A DNA stretch of 64,000 bases from an uncultured Bacilli bacterium. Its GTDB lineage: Bacteria > Bacillota_I > Bacilli_A > RF39 > UBA660. A model generated the notes under the pieces. It had not been told where the DNA came from and ran no database searches. It saw nothing but the letters and a program-made list of their open reading frames with translations. This document shows positions 48,415 through 57,012 of this stretch, one piece after another. The first letter of the stretch is position 1; each line of letters begins with the position of its first letter. The stretch lies in the NCBI GenBank assembly GCA_947628905.1, contig CANRBQ010000003.1, forward strand, positions 336 to 64,335, written 5' to 3'. The translations under genes were made by a program, and so were the position numbers.

Positions 48415-48489
48415 AAAAAAAAGCGAGGAGAAACCCCGCATGGAATTTAATCTTGCCCAAGAATAAAAAGTTAGAGCAACTTAGGCAAG
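48415..48489 (-). terminator. Family-conserved 3' element of paralog 3 (near-identical to 1295-1370)
   Basis: The reverse complement reads CTTGCCTAAGTTGCTCTAACTTTTTATTCTTGGGCAAGATTAAATTCCATGCGGGGTTTCTCCTCGCTTTTT. By eye it differs from the copy after paralog 1 by one extra T. Confidence 0.7.
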
Positions 48490-48508
48490 TTTTATAATTT
48501 ATATGACA

Positions 48509-50026
48509 TCAAGATATTTCGTATGGAAAATCAATTGTGCCAGTTCCTGTTATTGTTACATCAGACTTCAAATTTATGACAGGTCGAACACCCCATGTAA
48601 AAAACACACTATAAATTCCTAAACTTCTTGCATCTACAGTAGCTACAGTAGCATCAGGTGCAAGAGAAGGTGTCATCGTCCAATAATATTGTCCTGTAGA
48701 AATCCAACAGCCATAATTAATCTTGCTTGCTAATCCTCCTGCAGCTATTGCTTCATCCAAAGTTATCAATCCTATCGGATATGTTAATTTATTATTTCCA
48801 TTTATCTCATTTCCTTCACTATCCATTGTTCCTTGCGCATTAGGTCCCGTAAATAAATCTCTTGTTGGATTTGCACATTTTAATGTTGGTTCTTGTGTTG
48901 AATCATAACTTGTAGTTCCACTCACATGAGTTCGATCATATCCTGCATATGCTGTTTTCTCTTTACCATATCCTGCGACTCCCCAATTATCATGAGCTTT
49001 TGGAGATAGTTCTCTATCATTGCAAAAGCCTGTTTCTACATCTATTTTATCTCTGTATTGTTCCTTTATTCCCGAACTTCCTATATACCAATCATCTATT
49101 TCTTTCTTTATTGTACTATCTTTTTCGTTTTGATGTGCATTACCATAATTCATCGCATCTACTGGACCATTCATATATCCTACATACGTATTATCAGAGG
49201 CAACATTATTATACTTTTGAACAGTTGGATCGCTACTATTTGATGTTGTTATAGCAGCTCCTTTTCCACCATTTTGATTTGCCCATCTACCATCTGATGG
49301 CTTATCTATTCCAGAATATATCATTCTTATTGTTCCATTGCCATTGATTCTAATGATTCGCCAATACATGTCTGCAAATCTTACCCAGTTATTATCTATT
49401 GTTCCTCTAAATACATATGTCTTTCCAAAGTCATCTTCTGTTTCATATATTCCCTTATCTTGTGATGTACAATTACTGCCACTTTTATTATGGCTTTCAT
49501 CATTAGTGCCATTATCACATGCTGTTGTACTTATTGCAGAAGGTAAATCCCCAGTTTTTGATAAATGTAATGCCTCTAGAGTAGCATCAGGATCACCACT
49601 TGTACCAACATCAAAATATAAATAACATTTAGTTCCTTGTTTAGTAACTCCTTTAAAATTTACTTTACCACCCCTATATTCTACACTTATTCCACTAACA
49701 ACTTCACCATTAACTTCACAATGAGTTGTATTTTTATTAGAGTTACTTAAAGGTTGTAATTTATATCCACTTACTGGTACATCTCCATTTTTATAACTTC
49801 CTGGAATACCTTTACCATCTGAACCTTTTTCTTGTATTTTTACTGCTATTAAATTAAAATCTGCTAAACTATAACTAACTTTCCCTTTAACTATTTGTAT
49901 ATTACTTGTTACATGATATTTTGCTCTACTATATGTTATATATACTATTCCTATTAACAATACTAATATTGTTATTGTTAATACTATTTTCTTTTTTCTT
50001 CCTTTACTTAACTTCTCTATCCTCAT
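48509..50026 (-). CDS. Anchored surface-protein family, paralog 3
   Basis: Signal anchor IVLTITILVLLIGIVYI. GTKCYLYFDVGTS, TLEALHLSKTGDLP, DDFGKTYVFRG, MYWRIIRINGNGTIRMIYSG, GFCNDR, PTLKC, NNKLTYPIGLITLDEAIAAGG, YYWTMTP, GVRPVINLK. Confidence 0.85.
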   Translation of the reverse strand: MRIEKLSKGRKKKIVLTITILVLLIGIVYITYSRAKYHVTSNIQIVKGKVSYSLADFNLIAVKIQEKGSDGKGIPGSYKNGDVPVSGYKLQPLSNSNKNTTHCEVNGEVVSGISVEYRGGKVNFKGVTKQGTKCYLYFDVGTSGDPDATLEALHLSKTGDLPSAISTTACDNGTNDESHNKSGSNCTSQDKGIYETEDDFGKTYVFRGTIDNNWVRFADMYWRIIRINGNGTIRMIYSGIDKPSDGRWANQNGGKGAAITTSNSSDPTVQKYNNVASDNTYVGYMNGPVDAMNYGNAHQNEKDSTIKKEIDDWYIGSSGIKEQYRDKIDVETGFCNDRELSPKAHDNWGVAGYGKEKTAYAGYDRTHVSGTTSYDSTQEPTLKCANPTRDLFTGPNAQGTMDSEGNEINGNNKLTYPIGLITLDEAIAAGGLASKINYGCWISTGQYYWTMTPSLAPDATVATVDARSLGIYSVFFTWGVRPVINLKSDVTITGTGTIDFPYEIS

Positions 50027-50087
50027 ACCTTTCTCTTCTTTCTAATTGATTACTCAATTATATTAGAAATTTCTAACTTATACTAAA

Positions 50088-50116
50088 ATTATAATCTAGC
50101 AAGTGTAAATTGTCAA
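50088..50116 (-). promoter_or_regulatory. Consensus sigma-A-type promoter of paralog 3
   Basis: On the minus strand: TTGACA, 17 nt (ATTTACACTTGCTAGAT), TATAAT. The spacer matches the spacer of the paralog 4 promoter at 13 of 17 positions. Confidence 0.65.
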
Positions 50117-50189
50117 CAAAAAACACGCTATTTCACCGCTTTTTGAAAATTTAATTATATTAATGAGAAAATAGGGGTGGTGATTTTAT

Positions 50190-50645
50190 ATGAACTATTC
50201 AGATAGACTAAAAGAATTAAGAAACGATAAAGAAATAACTCAAAAAGAAATAGCGGATTATTTAAAAATGGATAAAGATAGCTATGGACATTATGAAAGA
50301 CAAGATTATATTATTCCAATTAAGCATCTAAATTCTGTTTGTAATTATTTAAATGTTTCTATTGATTACATATTAGGATTAAGTAATACAATTGAATATC
50401 CTCATAGTAATAATGAAATAGATAGAATTAAATCTGGAGAAAGATTAAAGAAATTAAGGAAAGATAAGAAAATGACTCAAGCAGTATTAGCCTCTCATCT
50501 AAAAACAGTATCAACAGTAATAGGGGGCTATGAAAAAGGACGTAGATTAATAGCTACTCCATTTCTCTATATGATTTGCAAAGATTTTAAAATAAGTGCA
50601 GATTATTTATTAGGAAAAATTGATAATCCCAAATATTTAAAATAA
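50190..50645 (+). CDS. XRE-family regulator with two HTH domains (regulator B, divergent from paralog 3)
   Basis: LKELRNDKEITQKEIADYLKMDKDSYGHYE and LKKLRKDKKMTQAVLASHLKTVSTVIGGYE. The C-terminus ISADYLLGKIDNPKYLK is shared with regulators C and D. Confidence 0.85.
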   Translation: MNYSDRLKELRNDKEITQKEIADYLKMDKDSYGHYERQDYIIPIKHLNSVCNYLNVSIDYILGLSNTIEYPHSNNEIDRIKSGERLKKLRKDKKMTQAVLASHLKTVSTVIGGYEKGRRLIATPFLYMICKDFKISADYLLGKIDNPKYLK

Positions 50646-50793
50646 AAATATAATTATAATATAAAATATATAAACTCATTTCTTTTTATAACATATAATA
50701 TATGGTTAAGAAAATGCATTTCTAAAGCATATTTTAATTGCTTAAAATTAATTTATACTATATAATATTTTATAGAAAGAGGTGAAGGAAAAA

Positions 50794-53700
50794 ATGAAAA
50801 TAATGAGAAAAAGTATATCATTATTATTAGTCGCGGCGATGCTTTTTCAAAGTGTGGCACCAATCATGGTTTATGCTGAAGCTACTCCAAATGAGTCAAT
50901 CACAGAAGTTCCTATAAATGAATTTGAAACTAAAGGTAACATTGAAGTAGAAACTCATTTAGCACTTCCTTTAATAAATCATCAAAAAAGTAATATTACA
51001 TTTAGTATTACAGATGAAGAAGATAATACTGCTGAAATCTCTTTAAATGATTTATTAGAAGATGATTATTTAGAACAACAACTTAACATTGGTGATCAAA
51101 CTATTCGCACTGTTGCAACTAAACGTAACTATGAAGGTCACTTATTAGGAAAAGATGAATCTTTAGTTTATTTAAACATAAATTTATATTCTTTAAATAA
51201 AGGAAAGTACACTATAAAATTAAGTGGCAAACATTTTGTTACATATTCTGTTGATGTTACATTAGATGATTATTCTAAAAGAGTAAATATTACTAATGAA
51301 AATGGTATGTTTGCTCTAGGAGATTTAAACTCTGATAATAAAATCAATAGTACTGATAGTAATATAATGTTAAAAGCAATAGAAGAAAATGATACTTCTA
51401 AAGATTTAAATTTAGATGGCAAAGTTGATATTGCGGATTTAAATTATATTACGGCGATAACTACTAGTGAAGTAAAAAAAGCTACAATTGAAAATACTAA
51501 TGCTATTATATCTGATAAAGATATTAAAGTAGAACTAGCTACTGATAGTATTAAAAATGGTGATATAAGTAATATTTTTACTGATGAAGGAAGTGTTACT
51601 TTAAAGCCTACTAAAGAAGGAGAACCAATTACTTTAGCTTTAGATTTTGATGAAGAAAAAGCTATTGAAATGAGTGAAATACGAATGTCTGTAGGGGAAA
51701 ATGCTCCAACAGAAATGGAAATTAAAGTAGAATCAATAAATGGTGAAGAATTTACTCTTACGGATGATGACATAATATATCTTGATGAAAAAGATGCTCA
51801 AGCTTTTACAGATAAAGCAGAGGATAATGCCATAGTTATTAATTTACATAAACAAATTGCAGTCAAAAAAGTAACTATTAAAATTAATAAAACTACATCT
51901 GAAGAAAAACTTGCTGATATTGCTAAAGTTGAATTTTTAAATAATGTTAAAGTAGAAACTACTAAACCAGATAATTTTGGTACTCCTAAAAATATTAAAG
52001 TTGATGGTTCCAAAAGTGAACAATTAACAGTTAGATTTGACGAAGAAGTCAATGTAACAGGTTATGAAATAAAAATAACTGGACCCGAAAAAAATGGTGT
52101 TACTTACCAAACTTCATATAATACTTTTACTATAGAAGATTTAAAAAATTATAAAGAATACAAAATATCTGTTAGATCTATAAATGGGGAATGGCAAAGT
52201 AAATGGAGTGATCCAGTAATTGGTATTCCAACTGCTTCAAGAAAACCACCTGTTGTTGATATGGTTGTAGCAACTCCAGGTTATTCTAGTATTGATTTTA
52301 GTTGGAAAGATATGGATGATACTAAAAGCTATAATATTTACTATCGTGAAGCCAATACTGAAGGATTTGAAAGTATTAAAGATATTACAGGAACTAAATA
52401 TTCTCTAAAAGGATTAAAGGCTGGTGTAGAATATGAAGCTTATATATCTGGCAACAATGAATTAGGTGAAGGAACTGGTTCTAAAATTGTTAAAGTAAGA
52501 ACTTTAGAAGCTACAGCTACTATCTATCCTAAATACAAATTAATTAATGATACTTTAAGTGATGGCAAAACTAGTCATATTAATGATGTTAAATATAAAA
52601 CAGGTGCTTCTTATTTAACAAATAATGATAATAATAGAACTCCTAGTGATAAATGGTCTATGGTTGATGATAATCATCTTTCATATTGGGAAATTAATGA
52701 TTGGCAAATAAATGCCAGTGCTAATTATAATTTTGATAATCCAATCTTTATATTAGATCAAAAATATAAAATGGATGAATTTGTTATAACTGTTCCTTCA
52801 GGTTATCCAAACGCATATAAGCCAGGCAGCTATAATGAAAAAAGTACTGAAGCAAATGATACTAAAGTCTATTATTGGGAAGATACTAATGATTTAAATT
52901 CAAATAGTAAAAAAGAAGTAAGAGGAGTTTTAACTCAGAAAAAAGATAAAAATAATCAACCATATTATGTTTTAAAATTAAAAGATCCAATTGAAACTGC
53001 AGCTGTTCAATTTGGTATCACTGTTGTTGGCACTGGTAGACTTATTCAAATTGCCGAAGTTAAATTTTATGAATACGATTCTTTAGTAGATGATGTTGCT
53101 GCTTTATTTACTGATGAAATGCGTTTAACTCTTGCTGAAGGTGTTGACCAAACCACAATTGATAAATTAAGATTAAGAGCCGATGAAGAACATAATGGGG
53201 AATTAAATCCATATCGTGATATTATTTTAGAAGATTTAAAATATGCTGAAAAAATATTAAATGATGAAGATTTAGCAGATGATGTTATTAAATTAAATCC
53301 TAATATTTCTAATTACTACAATGGACATTTAGGATTTGCAATGTCTATTAATGATTATCAACCTTTAGGAATTGCTGCCAAAGAAGGTGAAAATATTGCC
53401 GTTTATGTTGGAGGCAATGGAAAAATAAATGCTCAGATAGTATACACGCAATATCATGCTGAAGCTAATGCTTGGCAAACTACTAGTAAAAATTTAGTCA
53501 AAGGTCAAAATATATTTACCGTTCCTAAAATAGGTAGTTCTAGTGATGAAAGAGGTGGAAGTTTATATATTAGATATACTTCAACTCCTGATGTTAACAA
53601 TCCTATTAGTGTTCGTGTAAGTGGTGGAACTAAAATCCCAGTTTTAGATTTATCTTCAAGTAATGATGAAACATCTAAAAAGGAAAAAATAAGCAAATAT

Positions 53701-55950
53701 ATTACTGAACTAGAAAAATATAATTCAACTTTAAATCAAAAATATGCTGATGCTAATCTAACTTTTGATGAAAAAAGTAGTGTTCTAGGCAGTACTGAAA
53801 TAGTAACTAAACATGGATTGTGGTCTGTATCATCAATCGCGGCTGAAAAAGCTTTAACAGAAAGTGACAAAGTAACCCAATTATATGAATCTACTGAAGC
53901 TTTTGATGAAATGATGGAAATGTTTTACCGTCAAAAAGGTTTAAGTGAAAACTCAGAAGAAACTGCAAATAGAGCGCCTAAAGCCCGTATCAACATTCGC
54001 TATATGCAAATGTTTGATGGCGCATTCATGTATGCCGGGGGATATCATATTGGTATTGAGTATGGTTCAATAAGTGGACTATTTACTGCCAAAAAACAAA
54101 CAGCCAATAAAACTGGTTACTTTGGTTGGGGTATTTCTCATGAAATAGGTCATCAAATAAATCAAAGTGCTTTAGTTCATGCTGAAGTTACTAACAATAT
54201 TTATGCCTTACTTGCCCAAACAAGTAACGATCAAGATTCTTCGCGTTTAGAAGATAGCAAAATTTATGATAAGATTTATGATAAAGTTACATCTCATACT
54301 TTAGGTAAATCTCAAAATGTTTTTGTAACATTAGGTATGTATTGGCAATTACATTTAGCCTATGATTATAATGAAGATGTTACAAGTACAAATACTTTTA
54401 ATGATTCTAATTCCATTTATGCTCGAATTAATAAATTAACTAGAACTGAAAAATTATCTGGTTATAGCAAAGACGATTTATTATATATTTACGCAAGTCT
54501 TGCTGCTAAAAAAGATTTATTAGAATTCTTTACTACCTGGGGATTACAACCAACTAAAGAAGCTCAAAATTATATTAAAGAACAATCTTTAGAACCAGAA
54601 ACTAGAAAAATTGCTTATTTAAATGATGCAGCTCGTCGTTATATAATTAATGGTGGAAGTGCTATGAGTAGTGATACTAAAATTACAAGCACTATGGATA
54701 CTCCGAATGTTGATAATTCTAAAAAAGAAGTAACATTAAACTTTGAAGTTACTAAAGATGAAGATAAAATATTAGGTTATGAAATTTTAAGAAATGGTGA
54801 GTCTGTCGCATTTATAACAAATGGCAATACCTATGTTGATCATATTGGTTCTGAAAATAATCGAGCTTACACTTATCAAGTAATTGCCTATGATTATTTA
54901 CTTAATAAAACTGAGGCTAAAGAATATAATGAAATAAAAATTTCTTATGAAGGTTATATAGCTTCAAAAGATACATTTAGTATTGAATCTAATTTTAAAC
55001 AAAGTAATGAAATAGTTGATCCTGAAGATGATAATTTTGATTATGGAAAATTGTCTATTAATAATTTAATTGATGGCAAAACTGAAACAAGCTTTAATGG
55101 AATTGAAAGAGTAAAATCATTAACTATTAATGGTGATAAAGTTGATAGTACTACTAATAACACTACTCCATATGTTATCATTAATTTAAATGATAAATAT
55201 GCTATAACTGGTATAGAATATCAAGCATTAGTAGAAAATGGAGTATTAAATAGTAATACAATTAAAAAATATAATATCTATGTTAGCGAAGATAAAGAAC
55301 ATTGGACTCTTACTAAAACAGGTGAATTTACTTTAGATGAATCTAATAATTATACTGATAAAATATACTTTATGAAACAAGGAACAACAAGTGAAAATCA
55401 ACTTTGGACTTATAATGATATATCTTATGTTAAAATTGAAGCAGTTGGTAATACTGGTGGTATATCAGGAAGTGAAATTAGTGTTATTGCTCCTCCAGGA
55501 GATAACATTGATATTGGAATGACCGAAGACAATATTCCAACAATTGGTATTCTTGATAAAGATTATTTATATGATGCTGAATCTAATGAAATAATAAAAG
55601 CAGGATCCGTAATTATTGCCGGTGATTATCGTGGTGAACCAGCCTTTAATATTTTAACTATAAGTGATGCTAATGATATTAAAAAACGTTATGAAGGCTA
55701 TGAATTATTATTTGCTGAAGTAAATGAAGATAAATCAGTTTATGAAGTATTAAAAGGTACATGGATGTATATTTTAACTCAAGAACAATATGAAGAAATG
55801 CGAGCTAATACTAATGGTATTAGAGCTAATCTATATCGTGTAAATAATGCTTATGATAATACTGATGAAAGATTAACCAGTACTTCTAAAAAAGTTACAA
55901 ACTTACCAGCATATGAAGACTTAAAACAAATGTCTATTAAAGAAAATTAA
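50794..55950 (+). CDS. Giant secreted M60-like (enhancin-type) zinc glycoprotease with dockerin, FN3 and discoidin-like domains
   Basis: Signal peptide. Dockerin GDLNSDNKINSTDSNIMLKAI..DLNLDGKVDIADLNYI. FN3-like repeats (PKNIKVDGSKSEQLTVRF.., PPVVDMVVATPGYSSIDFSW..). M60 core GYFGWGISHEIGHQINQ. ATG at 50794 follows AGAGGTGA. Confidence 0.8.
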   Translation: MKIMRKSISLLLVAAMLFQSVAPIMVYAEATPNESITEVPINEFETKGNIEVETHLALPLINHQKSNITFSITDEEDNTAEISLNDLLEDDYLEQQLNIGDQTIRTVATKRNYEGHLLGKDESLVYLNINLYSLNKGKYTIKLSGKHFVTYSVDVTLDDYSKRVNITNENGMFALGDLNSDNKINSTDSNIMLKAIEENDTSKDLNLDGKVDIADLNYITAITTSEVKKATIENTNAIISDKDIKVELATDSIKNGDISNIFTDEGSVTLKPTKEGEPITLALDFDEEKAIEMSEIRMSVGENAPTEMEIKVESINGEEFTLTDDDIIYLDEKDAQAFTDKAEDNAIVINLHKQIAVKKVTIKINKTTSEEKLADIAKVEFLNNVKVETTKPDNFGTPKNIKVDGSKSEQLTVRFDEEVNVTGYEIKITGPEKNGVTYQTSYNTFTIEDLKNYKEYKISVRSINGEWQSKWSDPVIGIPTASRKPPVVDMVVATPGYSSIDFSWKDMDDTKSYNIYYREANTEGFESIKDITGTKYSLKGLKAGVEYEAYISGNNELGEGTGSKIVKVRTLEATATIYPKYKLINDTLSDGKTSHINDVKYKTGASYLTNNDNNRTPSDKWSMVDDNHLSYWEINDWQINASANYNFDNPIFILDQKYKMDEFVITVPSGYPNAYKPGSYNEKSTEANDTKVYYWEDTNDLNSNSKKEVRGVLTQKKDKNNQPYYVLKLKDPIETAAVQFGITVVGTGRLIQIAEVKFYEYDSLVDDVAALFTDEMRLTLAEGVDQTTIDKLRLRADEEHNGELNPYRDIILEDLKYAEKILNDEDLADDVIKLNPNISNYYNGHLGFAMSINDYQPLGIAAKEGENIAVYVGGNGKINAQIVYTQYHAEANAWQTTSKNLVKGQNIFTVPKIGSSSDERGGSLYIRYTSTPDVNNPISVRVSGGTKIPVLDLSSSNDETSKKEKISKYITELEKYNSTLNQKYADANLTFDEKSSVLGSTEIVTKHGLWSVSSIAAEKALTESDKVTQLYESTEAFDEMMEMFYRQKGLSENSEETANRAPKARINIRYMQMFDGAFMYAGGYHIGIEYGSISGLFTAKKQTANKTGYFGWGISHEIGHQINQSALVHAEVTNNIYALLAQTSNDQDSSRLEDSKIYDKIYDKVTSHTLGKSQNVFVTLGMYWQLHLAYDYNEDVTSTNTFNDSNSIYARINKLTRTEKLSGYSKDDLLYIYASLAAKKDLLEFFTTWGLQPTKEAQNYIKEQSLEPETRKIAYLNDAARRYIINGGSAMSSDTKITSTMDTPNVDNSKKEVTLNFEVTKDEDKILGYEILRNGESVAFITNGNTYVDHIGSENNRAYTYQVIAYDYLLNKTEAKEYNEIKISYEGYIASKDTFSIESNFKQSNEIVDPEDDNFDYGKLSINNLIDGKTETSFNGIERVKSLTINGDKVDSTTNNTTPYVIINLNDKYAITGIEYQALVENGVLNSNTIKKYNIYVSEDKEHWTLTKTGEFTLDESNNYTDKIYFMKQGTTSENQLWTYNDISYVKIEAVGNTGGISGSEISVIAPPGDNIDIGMTEDNIPTIGILDKDYLYDAESNEIIKAGSVIIAGDYRGEPAFNILTISDANDIKKRYEGYELLFAEVNEDKSVYEVLKGTWMYILTQEQYEEMRANTNGIRANLYRVNNAYDNTDERLTSTSKKVTNLPAYEDLKQMSIKEN

Positions 55951-55964
55951 AGGATGGAGTAATC

Positions 55965-56882
55965 ATGAAAAAGAAATTAACATACATATTAGGAATTATA
56001 ACATTTATGCTCTTTCCTTTAATGGCATCAGCTTCTACCAAAGTAGAATTAAAAGAAACAAAAACTGGTGAAATAAACTCTACAATTCATTTTGAAGAAG
56101 GCTTTGTAGGAGGAATAGATTTAAGCATTAAAGTTACTGGTGATATTAAAGTAGAAAAATTTAACTTTAATAATGAATTTACTAAAAATAATTATACAAC
56201 CTATTATAATTATAATAAAAATATTTTAACTATTAAAATAACGACTGGTGGTATTAGCCAAAAACATAACTTATTAAATAAAGATAAAGAAGTATCTTTA
56301 GGTAAAATTATTTTATCTCCAACTTCCAAAGAAAAAACTAACTATTCTTTAGAAGCAACAAATTTAACAATTATAAATAATAATTGGCAATCTGTTGAAG
56401 TAGAAGAATTTACTACTCCAACTAAAGATTTTACTTATCAAATAACAAATGAATCATCTACAAATACTAGTAATAATCAAGATAACAATAAAGATAACAA
56501 AGATGATAATGAAACTAAAAATGATAGTCAAAATAATGATAGTACTAATAAAAATGAAACAGATAGTAATAATTTAGACAATAAAGATACTTCTAGTAAT
56601 AAAGAAACATCTAATAATATAAAAGATAATACATCATCAAATAATACTGAAAATAATCAAAATGAAAATGATGAACAAAGTAATAACTCTGAAAATAAGC
56701 TTAATGAAACTGAAAATAATGAAACTGATAATGATTCAAAAGAAACACAAAATGATACTAAAAAAGAAGAAACAAAAGAAGAAAAAAGCTTAAATATAAA
56801 AAATATTCTTATCATTTTAGGTATAGGAATTGTTATTATCGCAGGAATAATATTCTTTATTACTAAAATAAAAAATAAATAA
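55965..56882 (+). CDS. Cohesin-like domain protein with N/D/S-rich stalk and C-terminal TM anchor
   Basis: Signal peptide, then a ~140-aa beta-rich domain (KVELKETKTGEINSTIHFEEGFVGGIDLSIKV..LTIKITTGG). About 100-aa low-complexity stalk. TM segment ILIILGIGIVIIAGIIFFI. Starts 14 nt after the M60 gene. Confidence 0.5.
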   Translation: MKKKLTYILGIITFMLFPLMASASTKVELKETKTGEINSTIHFEEGFVGGIDLSIKVTGDIKVEKFNFNNEFTKNNYTTYYNYNKNILTIKITTGGISQKHNLLNKDKEVSLGKIILSPTSKEKTNYSLEATNLTIINNNWQSVEVEEFTTPTKDFTYQITNESSTNTSNNQDNNKDNKDDNETKNDSQNNDSTNKNETDSNNLDNKDTSSNKETSNNIKDNTSSNNTENNQNENDEQSNNSENKLNETENNETDNDSKETQNDTKKEETKEEKSLNIKNILIILGIGIVIIAGIIFFITKIKNK

Positions 56883-57012
56883 CAATAAAACTTCGTTTTC
56901 TAAAAAACGAGGTTTTTTTATAAAATAAAAAGTATTCAGAAGAAATAATAATTATTCTTAAAATGTTTAAATACCTTTAAAATTATGCTAAAATAATTAT
57001 GGTGATGTAAAA

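Noticed and set aside
48723-49625. Plus-strand ORFs 48723..48908, 48949..49254, 49058..49243, 49338..49625
   Set aside because: They are shadow ORFs antisense to paralog 3. The same holds for other short ORFs nested in or antisense to long genes, including 1047..1271, 2416..2613, 3284..3598, 5982..6236, 7638..7835 and 14707..14988. It also holds for 21165..21488, 21893..22120, 23456..23746, 24413..24601, 25528..26141, 27267..27860, 28265..28450 and 30007..30219. The rest are 34517..34714, 39437..39903, 41665..41898, 42079..42306, 45239..45445, 47528..47731, 51444..52052, 53505..53696, 61087..61302 and 62499..62807.
56460-56780. Tandem-repeat or contingency locus in the N/D/S-rich stalk of the cohesin-like anchor
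   Set aside because: It is low-complexity AAT/GAT-rich coding sequence with no exact repeat unit that I could define, so I treat it as a compositional linker.
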